A stretch of DNA of 59,227 nucleotides from an uncultured Eubacteriales bacterium (GTDB lineage: Bacteria; Acidobacteriota; Aminicenantia; Aminicenantales; Aminicenantaceae), in the NCBI GenBank assembly GCA_964477275.1, contig CAYZDV010000002.1:1-59227 (forward strand), given 5' to 3'. Positions 18,430 through 26,288 of this stretch are shown in pieces (within the stretch, counting starts at the first letter, position 1; each line of letters begins with the position of its first letter). The notes under the pieces are model-generated. The model was not told the origin of the DNA. It was given only the letters and a program-made list of their open reading frames with translations, and did not search any database. Both the position numbers and the translations under genes were made by a program.

Positions 18430-19034
18430 TTTTTCACCCCCGTCTGAGCCTTCACAGAAGAAGCCTTGAGATCCTCAGAGACAGAAAATTGGGCAGTCAT
18501 CGAAAATTCCAGGTATTGGTCTCCCCGCATTTCTCTCTGTGTGGAAGAGATAAGGTTGACATTTTGGAAGTAAGGGCTGTTTGACAGAGCTTCTGTATAA
18601 TCCGCGATCAGGGTGTTGGACATGGCCCGGCCTTTGATTTGAAGGGTGCCCCGGCTGTAGCTGACCTCAGTCAGCCAGACCCAGTAGGGGACATGCCTGC
18701 TCAGCTCATCCATGATGGTGACAGGGATTCCCTGATAGGACTTGAGCTCGTTGATGAGATCGATCTTTCTCAGGATGAGGGCTTGCTGGTCCTTGACCTG
18801 CTGCAGTTTCATGTCCACGTCTTTGAGCTTGGCTTTTTCATCCTGGACCGCGCTGAGGAGGTTTCTTTCCTTTCTGGTGGAGCTGAGCTGGAGAAAGCCG
18901 AGGGCGATCACGACCACGATAAAAAGCCCGAGGATAGAGGTCATGGGGACCGGTTTTCTTTCTCTGGGGGCCTCAACTGCTGCTGGCACAGCAGCCAGCG
19001 TGGGTTCAGCCTTTAGTAGGTTTATGTGTATCAT
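18426..19034 (-). CDS. pilN: PilN pilus assembly protein
   Basis: 202 aa with the conserved N-terminus MIHINLL, a single TM and a coiled coil. It lies immediately downstream of pilM. Confidence 0.8.
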   Translation of the reverse strand: MIHINLLKAEPTLAAVPAAVEAPRERKPVPMTSILGLFIVVVIALGFLQLSSTRKERNLLSAVQDEKAKLKDVDMKLQQVKDQQALILRKIDLINELKSYQGIPVTIMDELSRHVPYWVWLTEVSYSRGTLQIKGRAMSNTLIADYTEALSNSPYFQNVNLISSTQREMRGDQYLEFSMTAQFSVSEDLKASSVKAQTGVKK

Positions 19035-19037
19035 GGC

Positions 19038-20117
19038 TCAATCTTCCATTTTTCGAGTTGCCAGACCCGTGGCCACTCCGAAGAGCGAGGCCATTTCCTG
19101 AAAGTAGATAGGGTCTAGTTTTTTTTCATTATAATAGACGCTGCGGAAAGGGTTGAAAACCTCAATCTCCGTGCCGAACTTCTGCTGGAAGAACTTGGGC
19201 AGATCCTTCAGCTTGGCCAGCCCTCCGCTGAGGAAGATCCTTTCTATCTTCCGGCTTCCTTCCTCTCCCGCCTCGTAGAAAGTGAAGGTTTTTTCGATTT
19301 CCTCCAGAAGGTTTTCAATGTTGGTGTTGAGGACGGTTTCCACCTGTTCGGCGGGGATATCTTTGGCGGGGATTCCTTTCAGCACCTTTTCGGCATCATC
19401 GATGCTGAGGCCCAGCTCTTTGCGGATGTTCTCCGTGAAGAACGAGCCGCCGATCGAAAGGTCTCTGTAGAGCTGGGATTTTTCCTTCTGGGTGATGATG
19501 ATGTTGGTGGTGTTGGCGCCGAGATTGATGAGGGCGACGGTTTTGTCCCTGAAGTCGTCAGGATAGTTGATTTCCAACGCGTTTTGAAGAGCGAAGGCGT
19601 CGACCTCGATGGCCACCAGGTTTTTACGAGCTTGATTGACGACATTGCTGTAATTGCTCACCTTGTCTTTCTTTGCGGCGACGAGGAGAATATCCACGTT
19701 CTTCTCTTCCGAGTAAAGAGAGGGTTTCAGGATGGCATAGTCCACAGCCGTTTCTTCGTAAGGATAGGGAATGTTGTGCCTGGCTTCCCAGATGATGGAT
19801 TCGGCCAGCTCTTCGGTTTCCATGGAAGGGAGGGATATTTTTTTGATGATCACCGAGCTTCCCGAAAGAGAAATGACCACATTCTTATTGGTAATGTGGT
19901 TTCCGTCGAAGACCATCTTGATGGTTTCGTAGACTGCCGTGGGGTCCATGATGGTTCCTTCGACGATGGCGTCATGGGGCAGGAATTCGAGACCGATCTT
20001 GGTCACTTCGTAGAATTCGCCTCCGCCTTTTTTTCGTGTTTTGAATTCGACCGCTTTGATCGAGTAGGAACCGATGTCCAGCCCGACGATTGACTTGACT
20101 TTCCCCAGACCAAACAT
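19038..20117 (-). CDS. pilM: PilM, actin-like ATPase-fold pilus assembly protein
   Basis: 359 aa with N-terminus ...IVGLDIGSYSIKAVE and an FtsA/actin-like fold pattern (INLGANTTNIII, FLSGGLAKL). Confidence 0.9.
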   Translation of the reverse strand: MFGLGKVKSIVGLDIGSYSIKAVEFKTRKKGGGEFYEVTKIGLEFLPHDAIVEGTIMDPTAVYETIKMVFDGNHITNKNVVISLSGSSVIIKKISLPSMETEELAESIIWEARHNIPYPYEETAVDYAILKPSLYSEEKNVDILLVAAKKDKVSNYSNVVNQARKNLVAIEVDAFALQNALEINYPDDFRDKTVALINLGANTTNIIITQKEKSQLYRDLSIGGSFFTENIRKELGLSIDDAEKVLKGIPAKDIPAEQVETVLNTNIENLLEEIEKTFTFYEAGEEGSRKIERIFLSGGLAKLKDLPKFFQQKFGTEIEVFNPFRSVYYNEKKLDPIYFQEMASLFGVATGLATRKMED

Positions 20118-20143
20118 GTCTTTTCTCCCTGCAGGTTATCCGT

Positions 20144-20659
20144 TCAAACCCGGCTGCATTTTTTTATTTTTTCCTTGAGTTTTTTCTCAACCTCGACCGG
20201 GACCAGGTCTTTCAGACAGCCTCCCAACAGGAAGATTTCCTTGACCAGATTGGAGCTGAGAAAGGAGTAGCTGAGACTGGGCATCATGAAGAAGGTCTCG
20301 ATTTCCGGGTCGAGTTTTCTGTTCATCAGCGCCATCTGAAATTCGTACTCGAAGTCCGAAATGGCCCTCAACCCTCTGATGACGACTTTGGCTTTGTTCT
20401 TTCTGGCAAACTCCACCAGAAGGCCGCCAAAAGATTTGACCTCGGTATTTTTATGGCCGGCAAAGACCTCCTGAATCATTCTGACTCTCTCTTTTGTGGA
20501 AAAGAGAAGCTTTTTCTTGGGGTTCTCCAGAACGGCGATGACGATGCTGTCAAATATATTGAGCCCTCTCTTGATGATGTCCACGTGTCCGTTGGTGATG
20601 GGGTCAAAAGAACCGGGATAAACCGCTTTTCTGACCGGGGATTGGAAGCTCTCGCTCAT
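20144..20659 (-). CDS. coaD: Phosphopantetheine adenylyltransferase
   Basis: 171 aa with AVYPGSFDPITNGHVDII and ISDFEYEFQMALMN. Confidence 0.93.
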   Translation of the reverse strand: MSESFQSPVRKAVYPGSFDPITNGHVDIIKRGLNIFDSIVIAVLENPKKKLLFSTKERVRMIQEVFAGHKNTEVKSFGGLLVEFARKNKAKVVIRGLRAISDFEYEFQMALMNRKLDPEIETFFMMPSLSYSFLSSNLVKEIFLLGGCLKDLVPVEVEKKLKEKIKKCSRV

Positions 20660-21068
20660 TTTGTTAAGTTACTATTATCAAAAAAATTATAGTTTGTCAA
20701 TTCAAAACATGACAAAAATTGACCTGGCGGAAAAGCCATTTTTGCGCGATCCAGAGAAAAATTTTGACAAATTTTGGCCACAAAATCCGGCCCCGAATTG
20801 ATGACGAATCCTGTCACGACGTTTTCTCTCATCTGCAAAATAATCTGTGGAGAAATCTCCCGTTCATTTTTCTGTCGCCCGTCTTATATCCTTGCAAAGA
20901 TTAAATTTGCAGTCAATCACCAGATAGGAGGATTTCAAAGGGTGATTTTTAACAAAATTTCGTCACCTGCAGCGGTGGGGAGTCTCATCTCTGTCGATGA
21001 GGGGAGTTTCCGGAAAAAATTGCGAGCTTTCTCTTTCTTTTTGGGCTGGATCTGACTAAAATAAAAAA

Positions 21069-21105
21069 AGGCAAACTGACAATGGCATGAAAAGAAAGTT
21101 TGCCT
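21069..21105. terminator. Orphan 9-bp-stem hairpin with flanking A- and T-tracts
   Basis: AGGCAAACT (21069-21077) pairs with AGTTTGCCT (21097-21105). AAAATAAAAAA lies upstream and CATTTTCGCTTT downstream. The U-tract is stronger on the minus strand. No CDS ends here. Confidence 0.4.
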
Positions 21106-21169
21106 CATTTTCGCTTTCCACCGCGGATTATTATCCGGTCGAAGAGCGGAGAGTCAGAGGGTCAAAGAG

Positions 21170-21904
21170 ATGAAATTGCGTTTCCGCTTGAGGCGTGTCA
21201 TTGGAGGGGTGGTCATCTTGACCCTCGGCCTCGCTTTGTTCTCCCGGGAGGAAGACGAGTATGCCCGGAAAAGGGAGGCCATGGTTCGCGGGCAGCTTGC
21301 CGCAAGGGACATCACCGACTCCAGAGTCCTCGAGGCCATGCGCCAGGTCCCCCGGCACCTTTTTGTCAGCCCCAGCCTGCGGAGCCAGGCTTATATCGAC
21401 TCTCCCCTTCCCATCGATGAAGGCCAGACGATTTCCCAGCCTTATATCGTCGCTCTGATGACCCAGCACCTGAGTGTGAAGCCAGGAGAGAAGGTTCTGG
21501 AGATTGGCACCGGCTCCGGGTACCAGGCGGCAGTGTTCACCTTTCTCACCGATGAGGTGTATTCGGTGGAGATCAGAGAAAAGCTGGCCAGAAAGGCCGA
21601 AGAGACTTTGACCAGCCTGGGTTACGACCGGGTGCGTGTCAAATGGGGGGATGGCTATTTCGGATGGGAGGAGCATGCTCCCTTTGATGCCATCATGGTC
21701 ACCTGCGCCGCCAATCACGTCCCTCCCCCTCTTATCCAGCAGCTCAAGGAGGGCGGGCGGATGATTATCCCTCTCGGCAACCCTCTTCTTTTTCAGACTC
21801 TGACCCTCATTACCAAAAAACGGGGGAAACCCTACGTGAAGCACGTCTTAGATGTGCGTTTTGTCCCCATGGTGGGCGAAATCCAGAAAAAGAAGGGCCA
21901 GTAG
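21170..21904 (+). CDS. pcm: Protein-L-isoaspartate O-methyltransferase with N-terminal membrane anchor/signal
   Basis: 244 aa with the SAM motif VLEIGTGSGYQAA, the block QTISQPYIVA and the end ...VRFVPMVG. The N-terminal hydrophobic segment is VIGGVVILTLGLALF. Confidence 0.9.
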   Translation: MKLRFRLRRVIGGVVILTLGLALFSREEDEYARKREAMVRGQLAARDITDSRVLEAMRQVPRHLFVSPSLRSQAYIDSPLPIDEGQTISQPYIVALMTQHLSVKPGEKVLEIGTGSGYQAAVFTFLTDEVYSVEIREKLARKAEETLTSLGYDRVRVKWGDGYFGWEEHAPFDAIMVTCAANHVPPPLIQQLKEGGRMIIPLGNPLLFQTLTLITKKRGKPYVKHVLDVRFVPMVGEIQKKKGQ

Positions 21905-24271
21905 ATAGCCTCCGCAGGCCAGCAGTAACACAAGGCTGTAGCCTCCCCAGAAGGCGATCATCAGCGCGGAAACCGAGTTCACCACAGAGGAAAAAGCGTT
22001 CGTCGCCCAGGCCCAGGGAATCAGCCTTTTGCTCTTCTCTTCCAGAAGCCGGATTCCTGTCGGGAAGGGAAATCCCATCACGAAGCCCAGGGGAAACGTC
22101 ACCAGAAAGGTGAGAACCATCTTGAGAGGAAGGCTGCGGGTGATGAGGGTTTCAGAGAAATGGGGGAAGATGAGGAGATGAAGGCCGATGAGGGCCGCAC
22201 AGAGAAAAAGACTCCACCTCAAGTTCCTTCTCCTCTTCTGACCCAGGATGGCCTTGGAGAAGAAGCTTCCCAGCCCCGAGGAGAAGAGAAGGGAGAAGAT
22301 GACGAGGGATGTGGAATAGAGGGGATGGCCGAGAAAGAGAATGAATTTCTGGATGAGGGTGATCTCGACAAAGATGAAGGCCATGCCGATCAGGCCAAAG
22401 TAGAGAAAGGTCTTTGAGGCCAGGCCCTTTACCACCCGAAGTCGGCCCCGGAAAAGGAGAAGAGGCAGAAGAACCAAGACAAAAGCGATGATGATGGACT
22501 GAAGGAAGAGAAGCGGGACCAGGAACTCGCCCTGAAGAAAAGGCAGCCATTTCTGGCCGAGTGTCCGGTGGGTAGCCTTCAGTCTGTTGAGCTTGAAGAA
22601 GTTGAAGAAAAAGGGGCTGTCGTCCGTGGCCGGCCTGATCTGGAAAAGGTACCCGCGGTAAAGCTCTTTTCTCTGCGGCTCGGAGAGGAGCCTCAGGACG
22701 AGTTCATAATAGAGAGGATTGTCGAAGACGTTGTAGATGTTGGCTTCTTCGGGCCGGATTCCCGGATAATAGACAAGGTCAAACAGGCAGCGCTCGCTAA
22801 ACTGGTGAAGTTTCTGGATGTCGGATGCCAGAAAGGGGCTTTTTTTGATGAAAAAGTGAATGGTTCCCCAGCTTCTGATGGCGGCTATTCGCAGGGAGGG
22901 GTCAAGCCCGCTTTTTTTTAGGGCTTCGACCCAGGTGGCCGCTGCTCTCAGCTCCTGGCGGGGCGGAGGAAGGAGGTAGAGGCTCATGCTGATCAATCCA
23001 TCAGGCGATAAGAGGTTCAGCAGATGGAGGAAGGATTCGACCGTGAAGAGATAATTTTCGCCCAGGCCGTAGATTCCTGTTCCCGAAGCACCGAAGACGT
23101 CGGTGAGGGAAAAGACGATGAGGTCGTAAGAACCCTCTCCCTCTATGACGACGGCCCGGCTGTGGCCGGAGACGGCCTCAATTCTTTCCTTCAGATAGAG
23201 ATTTCCGGAGGCTGCGGCCAGTTCATCACGCATTAGCTTCACGATCAGCGGGTTTCCTTCGAGGGCTTTGATGCGAGTGGCGCCGAAGTTCAATGCGGCC
23301 AGGACATCCAGACCGCCTTTTGGCTGGATGATGAGGGTCCGCGGCTGTTTGACAAAGGAGTAGGCCAGAGAGGAAGGAAGAGAGGCGAGAAACTCCAGGG
23401 ACGATTCCCCGATATTTTCGAAATGGGTCACCGCCGAGAGATCGCCGCCGTCAATGGACAGACCGGTCTGCGGAGGGAGGTCTTTCTGGTAGAGGAGGCT
23501 TAATCCCGGTGCGTATCTCAAGGCCGGCGATTCGAGAATGTCGATCCGGGAAATGGCGTTCCAGCTTGTGGCCAGATGCCTGGCCTGGGGATACTTCATG
23601 GCGAGAGGAAGGGCCTTGACCGGTGAAATTCTGAAGCTCAGCCAGGCAGGTGCCCAGATAAAAAGCCCGATTTCGAGAGCCATGAAAGAGACAAGGACAA
23701 GCCGAAAAAGGAGAGATCTTTTGAGGCTGAAAAGAAGAGAGGCAAGCAGAGCCAGAAACGAAATCATCAGGATGACTCCCCGGTCTCCTCTGGGAAGGAA
23801 GACGACCAGAGCGGCCAGAGTGCCGGCACCGGCACCGACAAGATCCGAGAAGTAAATCGTGTTCACGGCCTGCGGCGTGCTGGAAATGGCGAAGGAGATG
23901 GTGAGGCCGGCAAAAAAGAAAGGAATGCTGAGAATGAGATAATACAGAAAGATGTATCCGATCTGGCGCTTATCCCAGGCCAGCCAGGCAAAGTCGAAGG
24001 GAATGGCGTTACAGAGCAAAAAACAAAGGAGGATGGTCAGGGAATAGAGAAAAGAGCTCGAGGACAGGAATGTCTCCCGATCGATGAAACCCAGAGATTT
24101 GAAAAGGCTCAGACAGGAGCCGCTGGCGCCGTAGCCCATGAAGGCCATGCTGACCACAAGGAAGGCAAAATGATAATGCTGGGAGATCGAGAAATAGCGG
24201 GTGAGGGATATCTCCAGGCAGAGGGTGGCCGCGGAGATGAGGAAGATTCCAGCCAGAATGCGTCTGTTCAT
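21848..24271 (-). CDS. Polytopic membrane protein with central spermidine-synthase-like (class I MTase fold) domain
   Basis: 807 aa with the N-terminal motif CLEISLTRYFS typical of membrane-fused spermidine-synthase-like proteins. About 8 TM helices precede a soluble Rossmann-like core (IIQPKGGLDVLAALNFGATRIKALEGNP...YDLIVFSLTD), followed by a second block of about 6 TM helices. Confidence 0.7.
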   Translation of the reverse strand: MNRRILAGIFLISAATLCLEISLTRYFSISQHYHFAFLVVSMAFMGYGASGSCLSLFKSLGFIDRETFLSSSSFLYSLTILLCFLLCNAIPFDFAWLAWDKRQIGYIFLYYLILSIPFFFAGLTISFAISSTPQAVNTIYFSDLVGAGAGTLAALVVFLPRGDRGVILMISFLALLASLLFSLKRSLLFRLVLVSFMALEIGLFIWAPAWLSFRISPVKALPLAMKYPQARHLATSWNAISRIDILESPALRYAPGLSLLYQKDLPPQTGLSIDGGDLSAVTHFENIGESSLEFLASLPSSLAYSFVKQPRTLIIQPKGGLDVLAALNFGATRIKALEGNPLIVKLMRDELAAASGNLYLKERIEAVSGHSRAVVIEGEGSYDLIVFSLTDVFGASGTGIYGLGENYLFTVESFLHLLNLLSPDGLISMSLYLLPPPRQELRAAATWVEALKKSGLDPSLRIAAIRSWGTIHFFIKKSPFLASDIQKLHQFSERCLFDLVYYPGIRPEEANIYNVFDNPLYYELVLRLLSEPQRKELYRGYLFQIRPATDDSPFFFNFFKLNRLKATHRTLGQKWLPFLQGEFLVPLLFLQSIIIAFVLVLLPLLLFRGRLRVVKGLASKTFLYFGLIGMAFIFVEITLIQKFILFLGHPLYSTSLVIFSLLFSSGLGSFFSKAILGQKRRRNLRWSLFLCAALIGLHLLIFPHFSETLITRSLPLKMVLTFLVTFPLGFVMGFPFPTGIRLLEEKSKRLIPWAWATNAFSSVVNSVSALMIAFWGGYSLVLLLACGGYLLALLFLDFAHHGDKTHI

Positions 24272-24549
24272 CGGCCTGCGGGGTTACATTAAAAAAGATT
24301 TCAGAAGCTGTCAAATGGTGGAGCGCTCACGTCAGGCGAGGAATGATTCACAGGAAATTGCGCATGAAGCTTGAGCGGGCATGGTTTCTCTCCGGAGGGG
24401 AGAAGAGCGAAAGTTGAATGGGAGCCCGTTTGCCTCGCTGGAAAAACGAGTGTCCGACGGGCCATCAGCCCCTCACCGCTATCATGGGAAAAAACAGCGT
24501 CTCTCCAGAAGTTGCTTTTCCGCGGCGCTTGTGTTAATTTTTTTTAAGA

Positions 24550-25950
24550 ATGATCAAATTCGGGACGTCGGGCTGGCGAGGCATCATGGGGGAAGAGTTC
24601 ACGTTCCAGAATGTGCGCATCGTTGTCCATGCGATTGCCAACTACCTGAAGAAAAGATTCGGCGCTGGAAAAATCTCGGTGGTGGTCAATTATGACACCC
24701 GCTTCCTGTCGGAAAGGTACGCCTTTGAAGCGGCGAAGGTTCTCTCTCGCAACCAGATTCATGTCTATTTGACAGACAGGGACGCCCCTTCGCAGGCCCA
24801 GTCCTATCAGGTGATAAAGAGAGAGGCTCAAGGTGGAATCAACTTCACTGCTTCCTTCAACCCTCCTGAATACAACGGGCTCAAATTCAACACCGAAAGC
24901 GGCGCTCCCGCCCTTCCGGAAGTGACGGATAAAATCGAAGAGGAGATCGTCGCGTTGATGAAAGAGCCTGCCGTCTGTCCCTATTACCCGAAAACGGAGA
25001 ACGTGGAAAAAATCGACCTTCAGGACGATTATCTCTCATTCATCCAGGAGAAAATCGATTTCGAGATGATCCGCAAATCCGGAATCAGGATCGCCGTGGA
25101 TTCGCTCTACGGCACGAGCCGCGAGTATTTAGACGCGATTCTGGAAGAGAATCAGATCCCCGTCGAGGAGATTCACGGCTACATCGACCCCTATTTTGGC
25201 GGGATCACGCCCTCCTGCACCGAGGAAAACCTGGGCGAGCTGAAGGCTCTGGTCAGGAAAAAAAAACACCAGCTGGGCATCGCCACCGATGCCGACGGAG
25301 ACCGCTTCGGCGTGGTCGATGAAAAGGGAAACTTCATCATCCAGAACATCATCATCTCTCTCCTCCTGAATTATTTGGTTTCGGTGAAAAAGTGGAGGGG
25401 AGGAGTGGCCCGTTCCGTGGCCACCACCCATCTGGTGGACAGGATTGCCAGGAAGTTCGGCCTCCACCTCTACAAAACACCGGTCGGCTTCAAGTATCTG
25501 GCCGACCTTTTTCTCAGGAAGAGAATTATTTTCGGGGGAGAAGAGAGTGCCTGTGTGGCCATCAAGGACCATCTGCCGGAAAAAGACGGGATTTTCGCCG
25601 GCCTCCTGGTGGCCGAGATGATGGCGGCCTGCGGAAAGACGCTCTCCCGTCTCATCGATGATCTCTTCCAGGAATACGGGAAGAGAGTCGGGATGCAGAA
25701 GAACATCTCTTTGACAGCAGACAGAGAGAAGAAACTCAGAAGACTGATCAAATCCCCCCCTTCCCGGCTGGGAGACAGAAATATCATCAACATCGAGACC
25801 ATTGACGGTGTCAAGTTCGATTTTGCCGACGACGACTGGGTCCTTCTCCGTTTCTCCGGCACCGAGCCCATCATCCGCTGTTACGCAGAATCCGAATCGA
25901 AGAAAAAAGTGGAGAGCCTCATCCGCTCAGGGCTGGAGCTGTTGCCTTGA
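24550..25950 (+). CDS. Alpha-D-phosphohexomutase (phosphoglucomutase/phosphomannomutase family)
   Basis: 466 aa with FGTSGWRG, a phosphoserine loop TASFNP (canonical TASHNP), metal loop DADGDR, sugar loop GEES and phosphate loop RFSGTEP. Confidence 0.85.
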   Translation: MIKFGTSGWRGIMGEEFTFQNVRIVVHAIANYLKKRFGAGKISVVVNYDTRFLSERYAFEAAKVLSRNQIHVYLTDRDAPSQAQSYQVIKREAQGGINFTASFNPPEYNGLKFNTESGAPALPEVTDKIEEEIVALMKEPAVCPYYPKTENVEKIDLQDDYLSFIQEKIDFEMIRKSGIRIAVDSLYGTSREYLDAILEENQIPVEEIHGYIDPYFGGITPSCTEENLGELKALVRKKKHQLGIATDADGDRFGVVDEKGNFIIQNIIISLLLNYLVSVKKWRGGVARSVATTHLVDRIARKFGLHLYKTPVGFKYLADLFLRKRIIFGGEESACVAIKDHLPEKDGIFAGLLVAEMMAACGKTLSRLIDDLFQEYGKRVGMQKNISLTADREKKLRRLIKSPPSRLGDRNIINIETIDGVKFDFADDDWVLLRFSGTEPIIRCYAESESKKKVESLIRSGLELLP

Positions 25951-26264
25951 TGGAAAAGAAAGAGAAGAGCCGTCTCTCCTTCCGGAGGGTCTTCCTTACG
26001 GCCGCCCTCGGGCTGTTCATCTCCATTCTGCTCATGGCCTCTTTCTTCGGCAAGAAGGGCTTGATCGAAATATTCCGGGCCCAGAAGCAGCAGAAAGCCC
26101 TGATCCAGGACCTGGAGCATCTCGAGGAGAAAATGGATAAACTGAAGAGAGAGATCGAGGAGCTGAAGACAAATCCCAAAGCGGTCGAGACGAAAGCGAG
26201 AGAGAAGCTCTGGCTGGTCAAACCGGATGAGGTCGTCATCATCAAGAAAAACAAAGAGAATTAA
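25947..26264 (+). CDS. ftsB: Septum formation initiator FtsB/DivIC-like
   Basis: About 104 aa with a single TM, a leucine-zipper coiled coil and the C-terminal block AREKLWLVKPDEVVI. The likely start is ATG 25950, which overlaps the upstream TGA. Confidence 0.75.
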   Translation: MMEKKEKSRLSFRRVFLTAALGLFISILLMASFFGKKGLIEIFRAQKQQKALIQDLEHLEEKMDKLKREIEELKTNPKAVETKAREKLWLVKPDEVVIIKKNKEN

Positions 26265-26288
26265 GGTTCTTATCGTTTCATTTCGAGC

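Noticed and set aside
20774-21055. 93-aa ORF in the coaD-pcm intergenic region
   Set aside because: It has no SD, atypical AT-rich codon use and a Cys/Phe/Ile-rich sequence without motifs. The region is more plausibly non-coding (see the finding on a possible sRNA or leader).
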